Part shown: positions 1 through 8,459 of the stretch, piece after piece
How the letters are laid out: every line of letters starts with the position of its first letter
How positions within the stretch are numbered: position 1 is the first letter of the stretch
From: Bdellovibrionota bacterium
GTDB taxonomy: Bacteria > Bdellovibrionota_C > UBA2361 > JBGSMV01
DNA length: 24,830 nucleotides
Reading direction: 5' to 3'
Assembly (NCBI GenBank): GCA_041739995.1
Contig: JBGSMV010000066.1
Location: 1 to 24,830, forward strand
Notes under the pieces: generated by a model
The model's database searches: none
Told to the model about the DNA's origin: nothing
What the model saw: the letters and a program-made list of their open reading frames with translations, nothing else
Translations under genes and position numbers: made by a program

Positions 1-97
1 AAGTAGCGGTGCTTTAACTCGTCAAAACCTACTATTTCTCTCATATTTCCAGAACCTTATAAAAGTTCGGTAACTGGAATTATGAGGCTTCAACCAC

Positions 98-268
98 TCA
101 AACAGCTTCTCTTTGGTAACCTTTTTTATGAGGCTTATCGAAGCCGAAGCCGGGCGACCCACCAGTCCAAGTGGAGGACGGGCGGTGATCGTGAACGACA
201 TTCTGACCGAAGACGGGGCGGACGACCACGACGAGAAGAAACGCGAGACAAAGCATGTAACGCGACAT
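98..268 (-). CDS. Small (56 aa) putative secreted/membrane peptide, not in the ORF track
   Basis: Manual translation MSRYMLCLAFLLVVVVRPVFGQNVVHDHRPSSTWTGGSPGFGFDKPHKKGYQREAV*. SD AGGAG lies 7 nt upstream of the ATG at 268. N-terminus is signal-peptide-like. Confidence 0.55.
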   Translation of the reverse strand: MSRYMLCLAFLLVVVVRPVFGQNVVHDHRPSSTWTGGSPGFGFDKPHKKGYQREAV

Positions 269-282
269 GGATTCGCTCCTCT

Positions 283-460
283 CCCTCGGTGTGAGGGTAG
301 GCGCACTCCAATTCCGTCGACACGATCGACAGAAAACCTCGGAGTTGCAGGGTGAGCTCTCTCCGCATCAAATGCGGGAGAACTCACACCACAACCAAAT
401 CCTTTACATATGCTCGCCTTCGGATTCGATGTTCGCGACTCAGACATCCAATCCGAAAGC
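283..460 (-). promoter_or_regulatory. Multi-hairpin structured leader upstream of the small ORF
   Basis: Consecutive stems at 416-460, 352-387 and ~303-348, plus CCCTC/GAGGG at 283-297 next to the SD. Several mismatches become G-U pairs on the minus strand. Confidence 0.4.
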
Positions 461-567
461 AATGAATTACTCGTCTACCAGATACATAGTTGAAAGAACG
501 AAGAAAGCGGATGATACCTCAAATCATGGCTGTGTTCTAATTACTTGATATAATTCAACATATCCCA

Positions 568-2847
568 TCACTCTTCAACAAGCGCGAAAGGATTACTGCC
601 GAGTGTCTGGCGAACACATTCAGCGGCAATCTCGCCAGCCTTCAAATATGATGGTGAAATTGTCAGGATCTCCCCAGGGTTTCGAGACACCAGCACCTCT
701 GGCGTTTGCGGATCTCCATCATCATCGAAGTACAGAGTAGGGTCCCCGGTTGGCAGTAGCGGGCAAAACACTCCTCCGCTCTCTATGCTCATGTGCGCCA
801 TCACCCCATTGGGCCTCCTGAATAATATTCCATCGCGTGCGCTCATATTCATGAACGCGAACCGATCCCGGGTCGCTAATGGTTCACCAGACCCGGGGCA
901 GGATGAATCCATGCATACTGGAGATGAGTCGGAGAGAAGCTGATCATCGGCAGAAGAGTCTCCTTGAAACACTCCGCCTCCCATATCCGTAAGGCCACGA
1001 TATCCGAGTGCAACCGCGTCACGGAACGAAAGGAACTCTCCGGAACCAGGCACGCGCTCCCGACTTACAATATTCGGTTGCACTTCACCTCCCGCCAACA
1101 GAGTTGTGAGTGCAATCTTCCTTACACGCAGCTGGTTCAGGATCGAGTTCATACCGTTAATCAAGCGCTGCTCGGCAGAGGTATAGTATAAATACGCAGT
1201 GCCACAGTCTGGATCGAGGTCGGAGTTACATGTTGAGACTCCGTCGGTAGCTAAAATGATCGACTTCTGGGCGCCTGACGGACATTCTTGAGGGTCGGAG
1301 AGAATATTCATCGCCCGCTCAAGTGCGTCCACAATGTTTGTACCCTGCTCGGGAATGTTTGCGGGCAACGCTCCTCGTTGCATTATCGGAAACCATCCTT
1401 GATCGACAAAGTTTGGGTGCAGCTCCGCGTCGATGTAGCTCGGAGTGCTCCCGATTGGATATGGTGCACCGATAGTTCCTCTGTTTTTCACATTCGTAAG
1501 TTGAACCATGGCTGAAGGGTCTGATGTAAATCCAGGATTGTCATTCGGGCCATCGCTATCGGGTGGATACGGATGGATTTCTCCCACCCCTCGAAAAATA
1601 CTCATTCTCACCCGGTCCGCTGCTGTCTTCTGACTCTGGAGCATACGGACACCTGCGTTGAACCCAAGCATGAAGGAAGACAACGGCTCCGGATCATTGC
1701 ACTTGTCGATCAACATTTCCCCATAGGGCGTTCTCTCGCGCTCATAGCAAAGCCCATGAGGTCCAGAGGCGCCGTTGGGATAGCCTGTCTCTCGAATTAA
1801 AGTTGGTGGTCTGTCGTGGTCACCACAAGGTCGTGGGTCTAGTGGCCCAATGGTTTCAAGCATTAGATTACACCAAAGATGCCCCTCAAGAGTTTCGGTG
1901 GGCTGAACCGAATTGGTCCCGTACAGCCAGCTTGTAGCAGTCGCACACGGCGTAAGCGGGTTGACTGTCACATTGGTGTCCCGAACCTCTTTGCGAAGAC
2001 TCTGAGCTCTATCGTAAGAAATCCAATCGTTAAACGCGAACAGGGAAAGGCTTCGAGGACAAAGATAACGGGCCGGCGGGGAAAATAAAGGAGTGCCTAC
2101 TGGCAATTCGGGACATAAGGACGCCGATGACTTCGTACACCCGCCAGAGAGCAACTCCACGCCTCTTTGCCTCGACGGATGAGAATCATTGGTAGTAGAG
2201 AGCGAGGCATCCAAAAGAAAAACCGAACAGCGCGGCACCACCGTGGCTGTAGCTGAGGTCGCAACCATAAACTCGCCCACCCCCTCTCCAAGAACCGCAC
2301 CGAACGGAGCAAGCACAGGACTTTGTGTCCTGGTTTCAATCTTCACAGTATTAACTAGTGGCGCTTCATTTGGCGGCCCCCAGGCACTTGGTGGCGACAC
2401 CTCCTCGAAGCAAGGGTAATGCCCAGCACAGACAGCGGGACCCCCAGCTGCAGGTTCACGCGAGTGCCATACACCAAACCTAATAATACTCCCTGTGCCG
2501 CCCCCCTCGTCCGCGAAATAGACCTCTGAGTCGGTCGCATAGCTCGCAGCTCCAAGCAGTCGATTGGACCTCATGATTGAACGCACCCGTGCTTTAGCAT
2601 TGGTGGCTCGCACTACGGGATCGGTAATCGCCTCGTTACTGAAAAATTCCTCCACCGCTGCGAGGCTGGCCAAATTTGATATATTCTTGAACTTTGCACG
2701 CGCGTTCGTATGGTAACCGACGGCGAGAACCACAGCCAACACCAGCATTACTGCCAAAAGAGACACTGCGAGAAGCACAAAAAAAGCCCCTCTTTCACGC
2801 CGCTGTTGTCTATGTCGAGCGAACTGCATGTTCCACAGATTGAGCAT
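568..2847 (-). CDS. TadG-like pilus assembly/adhesin protein with VWA domain
   Basis: N-terminal RRERG|AFFVLLAV hydrophobic pseudopilin helix and LASLAA Tad motif. VWA elements FLLDASLS (DxSxS MIDAS), GTNIVDALERA and IILATDG. Start may be 2829. Confidence 0.8.
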   Translation of the reverse strand: MLNLWNMQFARHRQQRRERGAFFVLLAVSLLAVMLVLAVVLAVGYHTNARAKFKNISNLASLAAVEEFFSNEAITDPVVRATNAKARVRSIMRSNRLLGAASYATDSEVYFADEGGGTGSIIRFGVWHSREPAAGGPAVCAGHYPCFEEVSPPSAWGPPNEAPLVNTVKIETRTQSPVLAPFGAVLGEGVGEFMVATSATATVVPRCSVFLLDASLSTTNDSHPSRQRGVELLSGGCTKSSASLCPELPVGTPLFSPPARYLCPRSLSLFAFNDWISYDRAQSLRKEVRDTNVTVNPLTPCATATSWLYGTNSVQPTETLEGHLWCNLMLETIGPLDPRPCGDHDRPPTLIRETGYPNGASGPHGLCYERERTPYGEMLIDKCNDPEPLSSFMLGFNAGVRMLQSQKTAADRVRMSIFRGVGEIHPYPPDSDGPNDNPGFTSDPSAMVQLTNVKNRGTIGAPYPIGSTPSYIDAELHPNFVDQGWFPIMQRGALPANIPEQGTNIVDALERAMNILSDPQECPSGAQKSIILATDGVSTCNSDLDPDCGTAYLYYTSAEQRLINGMNSILNQLRVRKIALTTLLAGGEVQPNIVSRERVPGSGEFLSFRDAVALGYRGLTDMGGGVFQGDSSADDQLLSDSSPVCMDSSCPGSGEPLATRDRFAFMNMSARDGILFRRPNGVMAHMSIESGGVFCPLLPTGDPTLYFDDDGDPQTPEVLVSRNPGEILTISPSYLKAGEIAAECVRQTLGSNPFALVEE

Positions 2848-2876
2848 CTTAGGATTTCCAATAAATCATAATGTCC

Positions 2877-4394
2877 TTAGTACGGGTTACCGTTGGAGCA
2901 ACTGGCCTGATTACATCCACACGTACAACAGAGCACAAACTCTGGCTCCAAAAGATTCTCGGGGTCCTCGCACTCTGATGGACAACAGCCGAAGGGCCGT
3001 CCATTACCCGCTAAAAAATCGCTTGGACAAATACTACAACTAAACCCGGCGGTCGCGGTGGCCGTAGGTGTGTGAGTTGGCGTCCCAGTCCGAGTGTTGG
3101 TTGGCGTTCGGGTCGGAGTCCTTGTCCTGGTGTTCGTTGACGTACCTGTAGCGGTAGGAGTTCCGGTTGCAGTCCCCGTGTTCGTCGGTGTGCCGGTACT
3201 CGTTGGCGTCCCGGTTTCCGTTGCGGTGGCGGTAGCCGCAGGGGTAGCCGTAGCGGTTCCCGTGTTGGTCGGCGTACCCGTATTCGTAGGTGTCACCGTT
3301 TCAGTAGGAGTCGCTGTGGCGGTAGCAGTCGCCGTCGCCGTTCCCGTACTCGTAGGCGTACCCGTCTCGGTCGAGGTCGCAGTCGAGGTAGCTGTTGCCG
3401 TAGCAGTTCCGGTGCTTGTCGCTGTGCCGGTGCTGGTTGGCGTACCTGTTTCCGTTGGAGTGGCCGTAATAGTCTCCGTTGCCGTAGAGGTCGGGGTTTC
3501 GGTAACGGTCGCTGTCTGTGTTGCCGTGCCAGTGTGGGTAGGTGTGTAGGTCGACGTTGGGGCGTCCGTGTTGGTGGGAGTCGCGGTAATAGTCGGTGTC
3601 ACGGTAGATGTTGTCGAAGGCGTAGCGGTGGGCAGCGCACGCTGCGGCGAACCGTAGACAGGTACTCGCCGATAACCGAGCTGCGACGCAGTAAGCGGGA
3701 CCTGCGGCACCATGGGAAGTAGCGACTCGAATACACCCTCGAACCTCACCACTACGGGGTTAGCGGCAAGCACAGTCTCCCATGATTCTCCGAAGGCTGG
3801 GTCCGGCCATCCAAGCCCTGGGCCCGTTCCAAAGCGTCGGGTCGGGTGATCAATAACAGAACTCCAATCCCCCCGACTGTCCTTAAGTAGCAGAGCTTCT
3901 CCAGGGCGTTGAATTCCAACAGACAAATCACTTTGTAGACCACTGTCCGCACCATACATACTCACGAAGTTGACTACCGTTCCGTTGTTAGACAGGTGCC
4001 GCACCTGTCGCAGATACACTAGCCCCACGCCTTCGTTAAGAGACACGACGGATTTCGCCGTACTCAGAGCACGTGTCGCTATGTTTGTAAGAATGGTATC
4101 ACGGTACCTTGAGCAACAATTCGGGGCTTCTCCACAGCACGCTGGCGCCCCCACCGCGCAGGGCGTCGCACAACTAGCAACATCCCCAGGTATTTCAAGT
4201 TCAAGTTTTACCGCGTAATCAACTGCGTCCTGGGCAGCAAAATTAAGGACCGCCGTGACCATGAAGTAACGACTAAAGTCGATAATGACAAGAATGAGGA
4301 AAAGAAACAGCGGGAGTCCAATTGCTGCCTCCAGCACTGAGACACCGGTGCTATGGCTACTACGAGGCAATCTTGCTCCTTTGCGAAATCTCAC
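2877..4394 (-). CDS. TadE-like pseudopilin with Thr/Pro-rich stalk and Cys-rich C-terminus
   Basis: [29 protein letters not shown] matches the TadE G|xxxxE...P...D motif. About 190 aa of T-x repeats follow, then a Cys-rich tail. Confidence 0.8.
   Translation of the reverse strand: MRFRKGARLPRSSHSTGVSVLEAAIGLPLFLFLILVIIDFSRYFMVTAVLNFAAQDAVDYAVKLELEIPGDVASCATPCAVGAPACCGEAPNCCSRYRDTILTNIATRALSTAKSVVSLNEGVGLVYLRQVRHLSNNGTVVNFVSMYGADSGLQSDLSVGIQRPGEALLLKDSRGDWSSVIDHPTRRFGTGPGLGWPDPAFGESWETVLAANPVVVRFEGVFESLLPMVPQVPLTASQLGYRRVPVYGSPQRALPTATPSTTSTVTPTITATPTNTDAPTSTYTPTHTGTATQTATVTETPTSTATETITATPTETGTPTSTGTATSTGTATATATSTATSTETGTPTSTGTATATATATATPTETVTPTNTGTPTNTGTATATPAATATATETGTPTSTGTPTNTGTATGTPTATGTSTNTRTRTPTRTPTNTRTGTPTHTPTATATAGFSCSICPSDFLAGNGRPFGCCPSECEDPENLLEPEFVLCCTCGCNQASCSNGNPY
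3046..3630 (-). repeat. Low-complexity coding repeat (PT/TA/TG; unit ~T[E/N]TGTPT[S/N]TGTAT)
   Basis: Repeated [13 protein letters not shown] and TPTNTGT units in the translation, with synonymous codon divergence between copies. Confidence 0.9.
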
Positions 4395-4448
4395 AAGAAA
4401 AACACTAGCCGATCTTACCCCGTCAAGGCTAGCTCAAAGAGCACGTGC

Positions 4449-5045
4449 CTATGCACAGGCCTCCGCTCCCATACTAGCTCCTGTATCACAGGCAGCCAGG
4501 CATTCTCCCGTGTTCGCAGATCCACCTCCAATTTCACTAAACGAACAATTAAAAAAGTTCGGGAGAGGCTGTCCAAACTCTCGGTAGTTGGGGTCGTACT
4601 GCTCATTTCGAAGAAGCTGCGACGCAGTAAATTCTAGAGTAATCGGAAAACGTAGTGTCGAATTGATAATCGGCACGATGTTGGTCGTAACTCTGACGAT
4701 GGCGGTACGCTCGCCCATCCCGTCATGGAATTCAATCGGCTCCACACCAGATATTTCAATGCGATCACGGAATCGCTCAAACTCCTCTGCCTGAACTAGC
4801 TGATTGAGCCGCGTGCTTACCAACGCATCCGCTGCTGAGCGAGGGCTCTCACCCGCCACCGAAGCAAGGTTATAGCCTGTCTGGGTTACCCACATGAGGT
4901 GGGAGAGAATGTTGCCGAACTCGACAACCGATGAAAGAAGCAGAAAGAGCACTGGAACAGTAAGAGCCATCTCTACAAGAGCGGCGCCTGTTTCACCGTT
5001 AGCTCTCTTGGTCGATGCCGCTTTATTCTTATGCGTACTTACCAT
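4449..5045 (-). CDS. TadE/TadF-like pseudopilin
   Basis: ETG|AALVEMALTVPVLFLLLSSVVEFG is a canonical TadE N-terminus. SD GAGGTG lies 7 nt before the ATG at 5045 (the track's start is GTG 5060). Confidence 0.85.
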   Translation of the reverse strand: MVSTHKNKAASTKRANGETGAALVEMALTVPVLFLLLSSVVEFGNILSHLMWVTQTGYNLASVAGESPRSAADALVSTRLNQLVQAEEFERFRDRIEISGVEPIEFHDGMGERTAIVRVTTNIVPIINSTLRFPITLEFTASQLLRNEQYDPNYREFGQPLPNFFNCSFSEIGGGSANTGECLAACDTGASMGAEACA

Positions 5046-5122
5046 CATATACCACCTCACCTCGTTCTCTCTGCCGGCTCGCCCACTCTCGAACCGCCAG
5101 TGCCTCGATGAAGGAAGTAATA

Positions 5123-5138
5123 TGCAATTGATTGACCA
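5123..5138 (-). promoter_or_regulatory. Possible sigma-54 (-24/-12) promoter for the tad cluster
   Basis: TGGTCAATCAATTGCA has exact GG-N10-GC spacing and a TTGCA -12 box; the -24 half is degenerate. Confidence 0.35.
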
Positions 5139-5395
5139 AGAGCTGAAGCAGATCGCACGGACGTGCGGAACCGAAAGGGGAACCCTTTTGTTATGATTTA
5201 CTCGTGGAAAGATGTGCTATAGGCGGAAGAAAATACGTAATCCACATAGAACTCACGCGCTCATTTCGTAGTGTTCTCTTGCACACAGAGAAGATCTCGT
5301 CTGGAAAGCGGTGACTACGAAATTCTTGTAGGTGTAGCTGGTAGTGCTCTCTGATAGATTCTCCAAGAGATCGCGATCTGGAAAACTTAAGGTCC

Positions 5396-6715
5396 CTACT
5401 TCGACTTCCCGACAAGCCTACGCACCTCCTGAATCCAATGCTCAGGCTTCGCGTTCTTGCTAATCCAGGCGTCTGCTCTAGAAGATTTGGCTAAGTCTTC
5501 TAGCTCTCGGTCGGGCAAATTAGAAAAAAGTGCGATCTTCAAGTCGCGCTTGGCCTGTTTAAGCATGGCGCAGATCTTGTTCCCAGGCAGCCCTGGCATC
5601 TGCACATCGCACAGCATTAGGGCCACCCCTTCGTCGAATATCGGTTGATGAATATTGGAGAAGTTACTTGAGGTGATGACTTCAAAGCCCTCTCGCTCAA
5701 GTAAGTGGCGCATGATTTCGAGAATCATCTCATTGTCATCAAGGCACAAGACTCTCTGCTTGACCCCAGACTCAAGGGTAGTTACTGGAGGAGCTGCCTC
5801 AGACGCAGAGGCGGCCGTTGAGGTATTAAATGTCTCTGGGTTACTCAAAGCCTTGTAGGCCTGCTCACAGTCTTCCGCGAATTCAATTCCACTTTGATAG
5901 CGAAGGTCTTTCTCCTTCTCGAGTGAACGCATCACTATGCGCTCGACCTCAAGCGGAATCTGCAATTCAGGGTCAAACGGCGGAGGAGGCTGAGTGAGGT
6001 GGCGAAGAAGGGTCTGAATAACTGTATCACCAAGAAACGGCACGTCACCGCTTAGCAGCTCGTACATCAAGATTCCTGCCGAGTAGAGATCTACTCGGTG
6101 GTCGAGGCCGCCCTCCCCCGCCGCCTGCTCAGGCGACATGTAAACCGGTGTGCCAATAGACACTCCCTCTTGAGTGCTGCTCTGGTTGCTCTGTAACTCT
6201 TCGTGCAACTTGGCAATTCCAAAGTCTAATACTTTCACCACCACAGAATCAGGCTCGGGCAGCTCTGAGAAATTACTGGTGAGGCCCTCAATCATCACGT
6301 TTGAAGATTTAATGTCTCGATGCACAATATTGGCATGGTGCGCGGCATGCAGAGTTCGACAAAGCTGCGACATGATTTTTAGAGTGCGCGGAATACCGAA
6401 TGAAACTTTGCGCGCAATGACATCTTCAAGCAGCGCGCCCTCGCAAAAGTCAGTGACCATGTAATAACGGCCGCCATCGGTACGCCCAAAGTCGCGAATG
6501 GCAGTAGAGCCTGGATTGGTAAAGCGCAGCAGTATTTCAGCTTCGCGTTTGAATCGCTCTACAATCACTGACTGATCTGACAGCGTGCCCTTAAGAAGCT
6601 TTATGGCGAAATGCACGCCAAGGTCGACATGCTCGACAAGGTACACTTCCCCGTAAGTCCCCTCTCCGAGGGAGCGAATTATCTTGTACTTTTGGGCGAT
6701 GTACTGACCGGCCAT
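5396..6715 (-). CDS. Hanks-type Ser/Thr protein kinase fused to a C-terminal receiver (REC) domain
   Basis: Kinase motifs GEGTYGEV, AIK, HRDIKSSN, DFG, GTPVYMSPEQ, DLYSAG. REC motifs VLCLDD, LCDVQMPG, FS, WISK. No TM segment seen. Confidence 0.93.
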   Translation of the reverse strand: MAGQYIAQKYKIIRSLGEGTYGEVYLVEHVDLGVHFAIKLLKGTLSDQSVIVERFKREAEILLRFTNPGSTAIRDFGRTDGGRYYMVTDFCEGALLEDVIARKVSFGIPRTLKIMSQLCRTLHAAHHANIVHRDIKSSNVMIEGLTSNFSELPEPDSVVVKVLDFGIAKLHEELQSNQSSTQEGVSIGTPVYMSPEQAAGEGGLDHRVDLYSAGILMYELLSGDVPFLGDTVIQTLLRHLTQPPPPFDPELQIPLEVERIVMRSLEKEKDLRYQSGIEFAEDCEQAYKALSNPETFNTSTAASASEAAPPVTTLESGVKQRVLCLDDNEMILEIMRHLLEREGFEVITSSNFSNIHQPIFDEGVALMLCDVQMPGLPGNKICAMLKQAKRDLKIALFSNLPDRELEDLAKSSRADAWISKNAKPEHWIQEVRRLVGKSK

Positions 6716-6845
6716 GCACTATCGAATTTGGTGACCTGCGGTGAAAAATCTGGTGTATCGAGGCGGACTCCTTGATAGCCCTCTCATCATACGGTGGCAG
6801 GCTACCCACCTGCAACCAGTTCGCCGTCAGCATTTACGCACTGTC

Positions 6846-8108
6846 TTATCGTATCAACGCGATGGTGGCCTGAAGAAGTTCATTGACGGCCTGAATTGTT
6901 TGAGAACTTGCCTGATATCCACGCTGATACACCACCAATTGAACGAATTCCGACGAGAGATCTACGTTGGAAAGTTCAAGCGCTCCGGCTTTCAGAAGCC
7001 CGAGCGAGGAGCTCCCCGGGGCACCTGGGTCCTGCGGGCCCGCTTCCCCCGCATCTTTGTAGATTTGGGAACCAGCCCGATCGAGCCCATCACGATTAGT
7101 GAAATCCGTCAGCGCGATCACCCCCACCGTCTGTCGGGATCCGGAAGAAAGCACCGCCTCGATTGCACCATCGGCGCCAACCGAGTAACCAATCACACTT
7201 CCCACCGACTGCCCGTTCTGGGTATTGCCGCTAATGGAACTAGCCGAAGCGTATTGGGTAAAAGCTCCAAGCCCTATCGAAAAGTTTCCTGCTGCTGCTC
7301 CATTCGACCACGCCACATTGGCGGCCTGTATCGCGGAACCAGCCCGATCGGCTTCTGCAATCGTGCCGTTCTCTCCGAAGTTGAGGACGGTCTCTCCCAC
7401 CAGCGCAGGAGTACCCGCCGCACCTCCAACTTCTTCGGCATCTACATAGCCTTGCACAGTCCACTGATTCGCAGCCGTCTTGAAGTAGTACAAGTTCACG
7501 TCATGTCCAGCGCCAAGGCTATCAAACACTCTCATACTAGAGGTAAAGGCACCCGAACTGCCCAAATCCGTGAAGGAGCCGGGGTTCTCAGGCGGTGTGG
7601 TATTGGCGAGAGTCGCATCGAGATTTCCTGTTACCCCGGCTTCGGTGGTTGCACTGCCGGTGATGTTGACAGAGGTCACATTTATTGGACTGAGAGTGGT
7701 TGCGCCTGGGGCAAACCCGAGGACTTGAAGTCCATCTGAGGTCACCAACTCTCCATCCGCATTTAGTGAGAAATTACCGGCACGTGTGTAGACGGGCTCT
7801 TCGGCTGATCCCACAAGGAAGAACCCATTACCATCGATCCCTACATCAAGCTCTCTCCCGGTAGAATCTATGGATCCGTTGGTGAATATCGAGCGCACGT
7901 CGCGTACCTGCGAGCCGCTGCCGGTCGTCGGAATAGTTTGCACCTCGGAACCCGAGGTCCCTGCGCTATAGAGATCTGAAAATTCAGCCCGTGAGGATTT
8001 ATAGGCGGTAGTGTTCACGTTCGCGATGTTATCGCCCACCACTGATATAGCTTGGCCGTGAGCGGTAATGCCTTCGCGGCCAGAGATCATTGCTGTTTCA
8101 AGTCGCAT
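6846..8108 (-). CDS. flgE: Flagellar hook protein FlgE
   Basis: N-terminal ISVVGDNIANVNTTAYKSSRAEFSDL, central LDVGIDGNGFF/YTRAGNF and VFDSLG, C-terminal ALELSNVDLSSEFVQLVVYQRGYQASS. The 420-aa length fits a hook rather than a rod protein. Confidence 0.9.
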   Translation of the reverse strand: MRLETAMISGREGITAHGQAISVVGDNIANVNTTAYKSSRAEFSDLYSAGTSGSEVQTIPTTGSGSQVRDVRSIFTNGSIDSTGRELDVGIDGNGFFLVGSAEEPVYTRAGNFSLNADGELVTSDGLQVLGFAPGATTLSPINVTSVNITGSATTEAGVTGNLDATLANTTPPENPGSFTDLGSSGAFTSSMRVFDSLGAGHDVNLYYFKTAANQWTVQGYVDAEEVGGAAGTPALVGETVLNFGENGTIAEADRAGSAIQAANVAWSNGAAAGNFSIGLGAFTQYASASSISGNTQNGQSVGSVIGYSVGADGAIEAVLSSGSRQTVGVIALTDFTNRDGLDRAGSQIYKDAGEAGPQDPGAPGSSSLGLLKAGALELSNVDLSSEFVQLVVYQRGYQASSQTIQAVNELLQATIALIR

Positions 8109-8329
8109 GGTATTCTTCCTTTGCCAAATCGACTCTCATTTGGTTGCCGCGCGGAATCCATTCCGCTCGTCGACTGCCCCCAACGAGTACGTAAAACGAC
8201 CATATTCTGCGAAGCGGCAGGTTATGCCGCACCCAGGTGCTAAAGCCCCGTGGAAAAGGGTCGTTTCAGGGCTCTTAAGGGTATTTACTGCCTAACTACC
8301 CTCAGTGAAGCCTCTCTTAGGGACAGAGA

Positions 8330-8345
8330 AGCAAAGTTCGTACCA
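8330..8345 (-). promoter_or_regulatory. Sigma-54 promoter upstream of flgE
   Basis: TGGTACG-AACT-TTGCT versus consensus TGGCACG-N4-TTGCW: one mismatch, exact spacing. Confidence 0.7.
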
Positions 8346-8459
8346 CTCGAAACACCGCGCAGCCTCGATTCGCGCAGGAAGCCCCAAACACAGTACAGCA
8401 GCGCACAGCACGCATGGTCGCAAGCGCAACCCAGACTGGAAAAGCTTCAGGTAGAAGGG

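Noticed and set aside
280..425. Glycine-riboswitch-like words (CCGAAGG, GCGGAGAG)
   Set aside because: Wrong order and no CTCTCAGG element.
22..548. Track ORFs 22..462(-), 82..294, 113..355, 135..371 and 267..548
   Set aside because: No SD or recognisable motifs and they overlap one another; the 98..268 ORF with a strong SD explains the region better.
3094..3549. Val-rich 151-aa plus-strand ORF
   Set aside because: Antisense shadow of the Thr-repeat codons (ACN reads as GTN on the other strand).
6741..7739. 332-aa plus-strand ORF antisense to flgE
   Set aside because: Arg/Ser/His-rich composition with no motifs; typical shadow ORF of a well-supported gene.
8150..8245. Cobalamin/SAM riboswitch-like fragments (ACTGCCCCC, GGTGCTAAA) on the plus strand
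   Set aside because: Wrong orientation for flgE, no plus-strand gene downstream, and other conserved elements are missing.
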